In this document: piece by piece, positions 9,485 through 18,437 of the stretch
How positions within the stretch are numbered: position 1 is the first letter of the stretch
How the letters are laid out: each line of letters opens with the position of its first letter
Origin: Saccostrea cucullata
Taxonomy: Eukaryota
Reading direction: 5' to 3'
Length of the DNA: 64,000 bases
NCBI RefSeq assembly: GCF_032062105.1
Contig: NW_026937682.1
Coordinates: 1-64,000 of the forward strand
Notes under the pieces: generated by a model
What the model saw: the letters and a program-made list of their open reading frames with translations, nothing else
What the model was told of the DNA's origin: nothing
Databases searched by the model: none
Translations under genes and position numbers: made by a program

Positions 9485-10557
9485 GAATCGAAACTAGGGG
9501 GATATCCTCTTCACCGGACTTTGACTTCTTGAATGATTTTTTTCCCGACTCGTCGCTTTTTATACGCCAAGATTTCCTCTACTTCGTACACGTCGTCTTT
9601 TTTAATGATCTGTTGTAATTCTTTCTCGTAAAATGTCCCTTCTAATTCCTCCTGGTTGTAATCTTGTACTCGATACACGTAAGGATACCGACCGGGGACT
9701 CGTTGAGCAATGGTAAATATTTCCGTGGTCCAGTTCGGTAAATATCCTTTTTCAAAAGTGCGTTTGGCTTAACTGATGCGCACTTTATCTCATGTTTTAA
9801 ACTTGGGGGGTGTTTTGGTTTTAGGTGATGATTCTTCCCCATATAAAGTTTTCCAGATTTTTAACACATTCGAGGGATTCACTTGAGCTGGAGCTCTTTG
9901 GATACTGCGATGATACGTATGATTGTAAGCATACACTAAATCCGGTAAGACCTCTAAATACCGTCTGGTCTTATTCCGAGTGAAATACCGCCACATGCGT
10001 GCTTTGAGGGTTCTTTGAAATCGTTCCACGATACTGGCTTTGGTGTCCGTATTGCGAGTGGTAAAGAAATGAATGGATTTAAATGCCTGTAAGAATTCTC
10101 GATTGGTAAATTCTTTACCTTGATCCGATTGAATGCGGACGGGACGTCGATCGTCTTGTCGGAAAATCTCTTGTAATCCTCGAATCATTTCTTTTCCCGT
10201 TTTCTGTTTTAAAGGCACCACCCAAGCATATTTAGATAAGACGTCAATGGCACACAATAAAAAAGTATAACCGTCATTATGTTTCTTTAAACTGGACACA
10301 TCGGCTAAATCTAATTGCCATTGTTCGTCCATATCCGTCACTCTGGTCTGTTGTCTCCGGAATTTTCGATGAATGGGTTTATGTAAGGTATAAGTATCTT
10401 GCTCTTTTAACCATTCTCGTATGGTGTTTAAGGAAATCTTATGTCCAAGACTTTTAACCTGACGATACAAAGTCTGTATGCCTCCATACCCTCTCTTGGG
10501 ATCGTAATAAATCTCTGTTAAAATGTCCCCCACTTCCTTCTTCTTCTTCTTCTTCAT
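9454..10557 (-). pseudogene. Retroviral-like (rve, c-integrase) integrase with C-terminal chromodomain; three in-frame nonsense codons
   Basis: DDE motifs WQLDLAD / QSDQGKEF / VERFQRTLK. The frame continues past the stop at 9790 as DKVRIS*AKRTFEKGYLPNWTTEIF...YEVEEILAYKKRR..VKVR*RGYPPSFDSWIPQTDL. Premature stops at 9790-9792, 9769-9771 and 9511-9513; natural stop 9454-9456. Confidence 0.9.
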
Positions 10558-11384
10558 GTCTTAGGCAAAGGAAGCCAATTTTCCTCGATTTGTTGTAATC
10601 TCTTTTGAAATGGATCTGTTCTGGCTTTCTTTTTCTTCTGGAGGGCCTCCTCTAACCTTAAAATAGGGGAAGGCTTGGATTTTATAGATCGTCTAATAGG
10701 GGTCAAAAAAGAGGAAGCATCATGAAATCCGCTCTCTTCCTCTTCGTCGTCCTCGTCACTCAAAACCCCTTTAGGAGTACTGATTTTTCCTGGTTTCTGC
10801 ATGGCTTTTATAAGGTCTCGATTTTGCAAGTAAACCATGGGAGTACGGGTCTCTTTTAAAGCTTGAGCAAATTCTTCTATTCCTTTAGGCACCGGTTGAC
10901 TTTTGAGAGGTTTAGATCTCATACTATCAGCCATTAAATCCACAATGTTAGAATCGGGCACTTTCTGACCTCGATAACTGATTTCTCCGTCTTTATCCCA
11001 AGTCAAGACTTTGGTTTTCTTTAAATGATTTAATAATAATTCAGCTTTTCTTTGCATGGGTTTATTCACGCTTTGAATGATTTGTTGATCGATCTCGGGA
11101 TCTGGAGCTGCTGCTGCTACTGCTGGGGCTACGGGTGCTGCTGGGGCTACGGGTGCAGAGGTTTTTCTCCCTGGCTCCCTCGCTTGTTGTAAATAATTCC
11201 TATACCGATGAAGTTCTTGACCGTATAAAGCCACTTTTTCTTCTGGAGTTAAATCATCACGTCTGGTAATCTGGTCCAATTCTTGACCTATACTCAGCGT
11301 AGATTGAAATTCCGGAGGTTTGGGAAGTTTTCCTTTGAGTTCATTCAATAGAACTTCAGGTACTAACACCATTTTACGACTCAT
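10554..11384 (-). CDS. Conserved Maverick protein of unknown function
   Basis: MVLVPE start, EKVALYGQELHRY, KAELLLNHLK..LTWDKDGEISYRGQKVPDSNIVDL motif recalled from Maverick ORFs next to the integrase; Ala/Pro linker. Confidence 0.75.
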   Translation of the reverse strand: MSRKMVLVPEVLLNELKGKLPKPPEFQSTLSIGQELDQITRRDDLTPEEKVALYGQELHRYRNYLQQAREPGRKTSAPVAPAAPVAPAVAAAAPDPEIDQQIIQSVNKPMQRKAELLLNHLKKTKVLTWDKDGEISYRGQKVPDSNIVDLMADSMRSKPLKSQPVPKGIEEFAQALKETRTPMVYLQNRDLIKAMQKPGKISTPKGVLSDEDDEEEESGFHDASSFLTPIRRSIKSKPSPILRLEEALQKKKKARTDPFQKRLQQIEENWLPLPKT

Positions 11385-11731
11385 TTTAGAAGGTTCAACA
11401 GTAAAGGAGCGGCTGCTGCGAATAAAAAAGGAAAAATACCTCCTTTTTGTTGTACTAATAAAGCTCTTCGTCTCTGGATGGATTGAGGTTGAACCAGTCT
11501 CCTTAAGATGTGTTTCTTAGGAGCTAGTTTTCGTTTCTGAGCCGAATGGAGAGGTAACATTCCTTTTAATAGGTTGTAGACGATCTCACAAATTTTCAGA
11601 ATACAGTCTCCAGAACAATGTTTTAAAATTCCTGTTTTTAAGGACGAGGAATAGTGAGGATCCGATAACACTCTTAAAAGAGGAGCATGCGCTTTTAATC
11701 GCGTACAACATCCCTTTTTCTTCTTGGCCAT
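11381..11731 (-). CDS. Small basic core-like protein ending in QKGG plus a hydrophobic tail
   Basis: ICEIVYNLLKGMLPL..QKRKL..QQKGGIFPFLFAAAAPLLLNLL. Start re-assigned to ATG 11731 (MAKKKK), just after the TATA/Inr. Confidence 0.75.
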   Translation of the reverse strand: MAKKKKGCCTRLKAHAPLLRVLSDPHYSSSLKTGILKHCSGDCILKICEIVYNLLKGMLPLHSAQKRKLAPKKHILRRLVQPQSIQRRRALLVQQKGGIFPFLFAAAAPLLLNLLK

Positions 11732-11741
11732 CTTTGAAAAC

Positions 11742-11777
11742 AATGAAGAGAAGTCTCTCATGTCACTCCCTTTTATA
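11742..11777 (-). promoter_or_regulatory. TATAAA-N25-TCATT core promoter
   Basis: TATAAAAG starting at 11777; TCATT with A at 11744; ATG at 11731. Confidence 0.7.
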
Positions 11778-11780
11778 GTC

Positions 11781-12700
11781 TTAAGGAGGGGCATACCCTC
11801 CGTGTTTGTCACTCTCGTGTTTATCTCTATTTTTCTCCCTGACATAAATTTTTCCACATTGTCGGCATTTATATCTCAGACCTTTAGGAAGTTGAGGGGT
11901 GGAGGCTGTCAAGGGTTGAAAACGTGTGATTTTAGGGACATGAATGGGAACTTTAATTCCAGGGGAGGGAATGCCCACATTCACTCGAGGAAACACTTCT
12001 AAATCGCTAGCTCTTTGACTCCCTATGGGTCCCATAGTACGATCCATTCTCAGTTCTGCTTGTTTCTTGAGTAACTCTCCTTTGGTCTTTTGTCTTTGTT
12101 CCTTATAATACTGATTGATTTCGTTTTTTAGACTTTCGGGCATGGCTTTACGTTGAGCTAGAGTTTGAGGGGTCCTTTTTACCGCCCCTGTTTTCTTGGG
12201 AGCTGTTTTCTTCTTAGGAGGGCTTTTCTCTTCTTAGGAGGGGCTTTTCTCTTCTTTTTTCTACTCTTTTGAGCTGCTCCTCCGACACGGACCATCCAAT
12301 CTGGAAACACTCTTTGTTTCTTATTATCGACTCTTACCACTACACTCTTTAAACGACGAACCCGTCGCTTTTTAGGACTATTCCATTTGAATAAATGACG
12401 AATGATGACTCCACCTAGAAATCCAGCTCCTCCGTGTTTTAAAATAGCCGTTTTCCTTTCTTCGTCACTAGCCGATTGATCGACAATGATCTTTAAATCT
12501 TGACGATGAAGATCGATAAACTTTTGAGTCAGTTTATTGATAGGTAAGACCCCTTTCATTAAATTGCGAGCTCCCATGGCAAACCAATTCAATAAGGCTT
12601 TACGCCCTAATTCGATTAAATGGGCTCGTTCGGTGGGATATCGTTCCCGCTGTAAACGTCGTAAGGTTCTCACTAATTTACTCTTGGCTGATGGAGCCAT
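11781..12700 (-). pseudogene. Basic core-like protein (paralogue of 11381-11731) + K/A/P-rich tail + C-terminal C2H2 zinc finger; split by a 1-nt deletion near 12222
   Basis: The second copy of a 21-bp repeat (AAGAGAAAAGCCCCTCCTAAG) lacks one C. Restoring it fuses ORFs 12179-12700 and 11781-12143 via KRKAPPKKRKAPPKKKTAPKKTGAVKRTPQTLAQRKAMPES. The C-terminus CRQC-x12-H-ESDK-H fits a C2H2 finger. Confidence 0.72.
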
Positions 12701-12711
12701 GATGAGAGTGG

Positions 12712-12747
12712 AATGACTCAGAAGAGTGGGAAACACTTTTATTTATA
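12712..12747 (-). promoter_or_regulatory. TATAAA-N25-TCATT core promoter overlapping the ATPase stop codon
   Basis: TATAAATAAAA starting at 12747 is also the ATPase codons Tyr-Lys-stop plus AATAAA; TCATT with A at 12714; ATG at 12700. Confidence 0.7.
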
Positions 12748-13383
12748 CTCTTGAGGCATGTGTATAGTCAACAATTCAAACATTCGACTTCTTAATCGGT
12801 ATTCGTCTGGGGTCTGGGGACTCAAATCCACGAGAAGATAACCGTGAGGTACCTGGGTGGCTTCTTGATAAGCAGACACCAAATGAGGCAAAGCTAGCTG
12901 ACGAATCAATACACTGATCTGAGATTTGTCTCTGGGATTTTTGAATAAGACTAAATAATGAGCATTCAAACTAATGGTGCGATGAGAGGCAGCTCGATCA
13001 AATAAATTCTGAGTGATGTAAATCACACTGGTATTCCGATGATGAGCTTTACGGGTAAACCAATCCACAATCGATTCGATGGCTTTTCCTCCCATCATGT
13101 CGTCAAAAATGAGTAAATGGGGCACACTCAAATTGGCTACTAATTTCTCGTCGTCTTCTGGAATATTTCGAATGAAAGATACCTTCTCTTTTAAAGAAGT
13201 GTAAGCGGGTTGCCATTCCCGATAACACCAGACGATCTTTTCGGGCCTGGGGGTGATCCAGTCTAGATTGTTCACTAATGTCTTGACGAATTCTGTTTTG
13301 CCCGATTTCGAGGGTCCAGCAACTACCATGGTAAATTCGTGTTTCAATTGAAAAGAAGGGAGGGGTGTCTCCTCGGAATACAT
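12739..13383 (-). CDS. A32/FtsK-like genome-packaging ATPase
   Basis: Walker A GPSKSGKT, Walker B LLIFDD, HHRNTSVIYITQNLF, RTISLNAHYLVLFKNPRD, GYLLVDLSPQTP..RLR. Start re-assigned to ATG 13383. Confidence 0.92.
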   Translation of the reverse strand: MYSEETPLPSFQLKHEFTMVVAGPSKSGKTEFVKTLVNNLDWITPRPEKIVWCYREWQPAYTSLKEKVSFIRNIPEDDEKLVANLSVPHLLIFDDMMGGKAIESIVDWFTRKAHHRNTSVIYITQNLFDRAASHRTISLNAHYLVLFKNPRDKSQISVLIRQLALPHLVSAYQEATQVPHGYLLVDLSPQTPDEYRLRSRMFELLTIHMPQEYK

Positions 13384-13390
13384 GTTGATC

Positions 13391-13426
13391 AATGAAAGAA
13401 AAGATGGGTTCAGGGTCTCATTTATA
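13391..13426 (-). promoter_or_regulatory. TATAAA-N25-TCATT core promoter of the ATPase gene
   Basis: TATAAATG starting at 13426; TCATT with A at 13393; ATG at 13383. Confidence 0.7.
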
Positions 13427-13548
13427 GTGAACACAGAAATCTTTTTCATTTTTTGAAAAATAAGAATATCTATTTTATAGAGAAGAAACAACACATAAAA
13501 ACAATTCAATTTTCTTATTTGTAACAAACAAACAAACAAACAAACATA

Positions 13549-16500
13549 TCAATAACCATAAGGTAGAGTGTTATAATTCTCTACAATTTGTCTCTTGTCA
13601 TATACAATTCTAACTGTTTTCTCTGAAGGTTTGTTCACCACCTCATAATCACGGGTCCTCTTGATTTTCCTGGGATAGGGGACTTTTACTTCCTCTATTT
13701 CTCCCTTGAGCATTTTTTCTAAAGTCTCTGGGCACACCAACTGAGAGGTTCGATGGTTGAGAGTGACTCCTTTGCATTTATGAACCTCGGTCCTTTTATC
13801 CGTCCGGAAACCATGATTTTTAGGACCTGCCGACATGAATTTAGTGATGTGATCCCCGTCTAATTCGTCGGTCCATTCTCCTAAACTATTGCCCAAAGTA
13901 GGATTAAAAGCTCCTTCCTTATGTTGGTAAATGATACTGTCCGTATCGAAATAAAGGCCCCGTTCTTCTAAAGGTCGTAAAGTCTCGTAGAGATGTAAGC
14001 GAGCATAGGCGGTGGTAAAACAAGCCAGGATCACGTTTCCAAAGGGACATTCTTCGACGAATTCCTGTTTGTCTTGAAAATTCACTAGAATCTTGTCTTC
14101 AATGGAATCTTCTTTATTGACTAAGAGTCGCACACCCTTGATGTCGAGCGTCGAATTTTGTAAGAGTTGATGTAATTCCTCTACTTCGTCCAAGTATCTG
14201 ACTTTGGGTAATAACAACCGTTGAGCAAATTTTCCCCACAGACAATTTAAAAAGAGTTTAGCAATGGTTCTTAACACTGGATTCTTCTTGATACTGAGAA
14301 TGTCCATCATGAATCCTTCTTTGTCGTAGATTTGTCGAATGTAATCTTGTTCTTGTTCTGAGGTCTTACACTCGGGGGGAAATCCGGACGCTTCCTGTTT
14401 GATCTTGAGGAAGGTATCGATGTAGTCTTTAAATAAGTCTTGACTGCTTTCTTTGAAATCCCACACTTCGTAAGTTTGCTCTAAGGTATACCCCATGTCT
14501 AGGGCTTTATGTAATTCGGTCGTCACCCAAGTACCCGTGAGACTACGTTCCCGGTCGGTGTGTTGACATGGATGTTGACAAGTAGAGTCTTGTTGTTGGG
14601 CACAGGTGCGACATAAGGGAAATAATAACTTACCTCCCGTCCGATAAGGTAATACGGGGTGAAAGAGGCGTCGGGGTGGTAAGACCCGACAGTGAATGAG
14701 ACCGAAATAACTTCTCACGTCCTGGAAGTTGTCTGTGATGATCTCGGGATGACCTAGGGGAAAAGGTCTGTGTTTCAACACGTAAGGGTATAAGGAACAC
14801 ACGTCCACGTATCTCATGTCCCCTTCTTCACAATATAATTTAGTGGCATTGGTCCGTCCTCCGTACAGGGCTTCTCGAGGTTTCAAAGGATCCAGAATGT
14901 CTAGATCTCGTACAAATTGCCGATCGGGACTTCGCCTCCGTTTCTGGCATGTCGTATGTGACATCCATTCTGATGACTCATCCAGGTGAGCCACCGACAG
15001 GCTTTGGCCGAATATTGGCGTGCCGGTTCATACCCGAGGTTCGGAATGATGGCAATGCTGTCTTTAGGCATGAAATTTCGACGGTAGGCTAAATTAGCAG
15101 CACTGGCAAACGTGATGGATTCCTGGAAAGGGTCCACGTTGACCAACTTCTTGAGGGTGCTTCTAAACCGTGCACAGTATCGTCTTAAAATGTCGACGTC
15201 CGAGGTACAATACCCTACAAACTCTTTCTGGAAATCAAACACTTTTCCCCTCTGTTGGTCGTACCATTCGTAAAAAGCTTGTCGTCCACTGGTTGTCATT
15301 TCGTCCGGATTGTAGAAAGCTGCCGGTGGATAAGGTCCCACGTAATTCTGGTTCTGTTCTGTATTAAAAAAGTGGGGTAAATAATAACCTTTCTTCATTT
15401 CGTCGAATCCGAAAGGGGAGGGCATCTGGGCCAAAGGAAAGGTTAAGAAAATATACGAGTCGATGAATTTGAGTCCACATATTTCCATGGACAAGATCTT
15501 ACTCCCGTTCATGATCACGTTAGGTTTCAGGGGAGAAGAATGCACTATGCAATTCAAAATGAATTGTCCGTCGTATCCTTTGAAGTTATGGGCGATGACG
15601 ATGGCCTGGTCGTGTACTAAAGTGGAATTCTTAGTACCTGTAGTGGGTTGAAATAACGAGTCCATGAACTTCTTTAAGGTGTCTGGGCCTTGAAATAGGT
15701 GCTGACGGGGTACCATGTGATGACAATGAGGACAAGGTTGGTCTATGGGTAAGTCATCGCAATGTTGACAGACACGATGTGCCACACACAGATTAGGAAC
15801 GTGAATGCCCGATTCCTGAGTGCATTCGAAATCGAAATAGATGTAAAACTGTAAGGTCCCTTTCCCCTTCTTCTTCTTCTGGGGCTTCAGTTGAACGTAG
15901 CACCGATGATCGGCATCGACGATTTTCTTACAGATCTTACACTGTTTCTGTTCTCCGCATTTGTGATGAGGCAATAAAATCTTAGGTATCCAGGACTGAC
16001 ACTTCTGGCATAGCCCCATTAAATTGCAGACAGTAGTGGTGGTCTTCTTACTATGGGGTTTTAAATGATCTTCGTAGCAGGTCCTGTTCTTAAACATTCC
16101 ATGGCATTCCTGGCATTTAATTTTGATCCCTTCATCGGGACATTGAGGGTGTGGTCCTAAACAATTGGTACAGCGATGAGGGCATTTGGAGCGATGGTCT
16201 GTGACATTCCTGTACCCCACGTCGCAATGATCACAGTAATAGGGGTTCCCCGTTACTCCCGCCATGGATATGATGGCATCGCAATGACGGTTGTCTTACA
16301 AAATGTTCAAACAAGTTCCATCTCCCCAGCCTTTGAAGATGCGCTCTAAACAGAGTTTAGTGGAAGTAGATTTGAACTGAAATATTTTCAGACGATACTG
16401 AGGAGCTAATACCTGTTGTAATTTTATCCACTCTGCATTTCCACAAGCTTGAGTGATATCACATCCGGCCTGTTCCATGAGAGCTATGGCTTCTCGTTTC

Positions 16501-17174
16501 TGGTCTAAGTATTGATCTCCTTTCCGCATACGTGACAATCGTTTTTCCCATTCTGGGTCTGGATGTTCGGGTTTCTGACTGTGTAATCGAGTGACGACGA
16601 TGGCTCTAGCCAAACAAAATTCATCACGGGGATTGACGATCCGAACGATTGCTCGTTTATTTTTCTTGAAAGTTTCTTTATCCAGTTGTAGATGTTTGGT
16701 TCTGTCTCCACCACTCCCCTGGGGATTCCCGATGTGTAACAGATCGAATTCCGTGGAGCCGTCGCCGATTTTGTACTCCTTTTTGGATTGTTGCACACGC
16801 TGTATTTCTTTAAAAATGACGTCTTCGTTTAATTCTTTACATTGCATAAACTCGTAAGAGATTGTCTGAATCCAAAGATGGGTGACTTATGTTCAGGCGA
16901 AGGTAATCGTTAGGATCACACTCCATTTTCGATTTGAAGTCTTGTAACATGTTTTTGAATAACTGCCGAAGGAAAGCTGTGTTTTCTTCTTCTTCTGGAA
17001 ATTCATCGAAATGAACGACATATCTATTTTCATGCGCTTTAAATTTTGGAGAGGTCCTTTTTTCAGCTAGTCTCATGTGATAATACTCCGAAATGGGTTT
17101 AGGTGGTCTCTCTCGGTACTTTTTCGTTTCAATATTCGTCGAGCCTGTACCTGTTTTTCTCTAGTAGAATCCAT
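13549..17174 (-). pseudogene. Protein-primed family B DNA polymerase polyprotein (terminal-protein region with OTU-like motifs, Cys/His-rich region, exonuclease, polymerase); disrupted
   Basis: ExoI YFDFEC, ExoII AHNFKGYDG, ExoIII YCTSDVDIL, YGGRT, motif A YVDVCSLYP, motif B KLFLNCLWGKF, motif C YFDTDS; OTU-like DEFCLARAIV...HCDAI. Lesions: frameshifts near 17152 and 16863, in-frame TAA 16296-16298, deletion/frameshift near 14918. Start codon tentative. Confidence 0.92.
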
Positions 17175-17280
17175 GCCTATCAGGTGATGGCTCTGAGGGT
17201 AAAATGAATCCAAAGGCGGAGAAAACCGTATTTCTTTACAGTGGATGACGTCACAATACACAGGTAAGCATATATTTTTT

Positions 17281-17402
17281 TTTGCACACGGCCCTAAACA
17301 AACTTGAATCGCTGCCAAGTATTTACCTGTATAGTCAGCATATTTTTTGCACACGGTCCCCTGACTTGAATCGCTGCCAAATTTACCTGTATAGTCAGCA
17401 TA
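17281..17402. repeat. Two ~60-bp direct repeats upstream of polB
   Basis: TTTGCACACGG...ACTTGAATCGCTGCCAA..TTTACCTGTATAGTCAGCATA at ~17281-17342 and ~17346-17402. Confidence 0.85.
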
Positions 17403-17559
17403 ACAAAACGTAGTACCAACGTACCAATGTAAAAAAACACAATGTAAACACGCCCCTGTATTTAGGGGACTATATGTAACTGAATTGACCCCCACCTATC
17501 CCCCACCCCCAAGGATTGTACTGAGTTTGACCCCGTCTATCCCCCAGGGGATGCATTCA

Positions 17560-17754
17560 GTTGACCCGGTCATCCAGCCTGCTTCCGGCTAGGACATTTC
17601 TGGCTAGCCCACTTCCGCTTCCGCTAGGGCCCACTTCCGCTTCCACTTCGGGAACCCACTTCCGCCTACCCCGACTTCCGCTTCCGGCTAGCCCACTTCC
17701 GTCCACTTCCGGTTATGACGTCACTTCCGCCCTATCTGGACCCTTTATACTACT
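17560..17754 (-). repeat. Surviving Maverick terminal region (presumed TIR / origin) with clustered CGGAAG repeats
   Basis: About ten CTTCCG copies in 17582-17729, TGACGTCA at 17716-17723, terminal ACTACT at 17749-17754. The partner TIR is absent, so TIR length is unknown. Confidence 0.75.
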
Positions 17755-17926
17755 AATAAAGCATAGAATAATGTTTTTTAATTCTGCATCGTGACCATTA
17801 CAATGATCTCCAATAAATTCTCTTCGGCGCAGACATCAGAGAAAGTTCATCTTATACCGATAAATGAACAAAAGCCACCATGGCAACTCAGATCAAGTTA
17901 AATTCTATAAAATGATAGAGATTATG

Positions 17927-18437
17927 CAGGATTCGACACTAACATTTTTAGGCGTTGGTCCGGCCGGATTTGTGCTTCTTTACTTTTACTAGTCCGCGGG
18001 CAATTTTATGAGTCTGTCAAAAATATGAATAAATAAATAGAATTAATTTACATGAAATGTTTTATACCAAAATTAGTTAAAATCGCGGGATCAGGAACTA
18101 CACTCAAATTCCCGATCTCATTCGTTATTCTCTATAAATGATTACATAATCCAAATGTCCGACATTTTTTTTTATGTATCACACTAAATCATGATCGTAA
18201 AAATGTTTAATTTCATACTAATGAGTCCTAAAATTAAGCGCCGAATTGACTCAGAGTTACATAACTTCCCGTTTTCCATTGAAAGTTGTCGAGAACATCG
18301 GTAATGTTTCCCCTCCACCCCCACCCCCCCCCCCCACCCAGAAAACTTTATTAGTCCATTCGGACTAATTAGCCACAAATTTTATTGGTCCGAATGAAAA
18401 TGTATTAGTCTGAGACTAACGTTAATGTCGAACCCTG
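17927..18437. mobile_element. hAT-like MITE with an apparent 5-bp TSD
   Basis: Ends CAGGATTCGACACTAAC and GTTAATGTCGAACCCTG; TTATG on both sides (17922-17926, 18438-18442). Confidence 0.6.

Larger units (their letters stand above)
5644..17754 (-). mobile_element. Endogenous Maverick/Polinton (polintovirus/adintovirus-type), left-truncated inside the major capsid gene
   Basis: Co-oriented pPolB, ATPase, rve integrase, minor and major capsid genes. The minus strand begins 5'-AGTAGTATAAAGGG at 17754 (Polinton-type AGT-repeat terminus). Visibly GC-richer and gene-dense against the flanks. No second TIR or protease gene in the window. Confidence 0.95.

Noticed and set aside
11732-13539. Longer ORF-track starts (11857, 12736, 13539; also 8496)
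   Set aside because: The extensions overlap the TATA/Inr motifs or low-complexity intergenic DNA, or use non-ATG starts; the first ATG after the Inr is preferred.
5830-16857. Short antisense or alternate-frame ORFs inside Maverick genes (e.g. 5830, 6036, 8679, 9642, 11320, 11724, 15170, 15463, 16505, 16591)
   Set aside because: Shadows of real genes with no motifs or promoter support.
17073-17495. 140-aa ORF and its ATGA overlap with the 79-aa ORF as another coupled gene pair
   Set aside because: The 79-aa frame is open upstream (TGTGSTNIETKKYRERPPKPISEYYH), so this looks like a frameshifted polB N-terminus; the rest of the 140-aa ORF translates the 60-bp repeats.
17561-17794. 77-aa Pro/Leu-rich ORF
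   Set aside because: Translation of the CTTCCG-repeat terminal region, crossing the element boundary.
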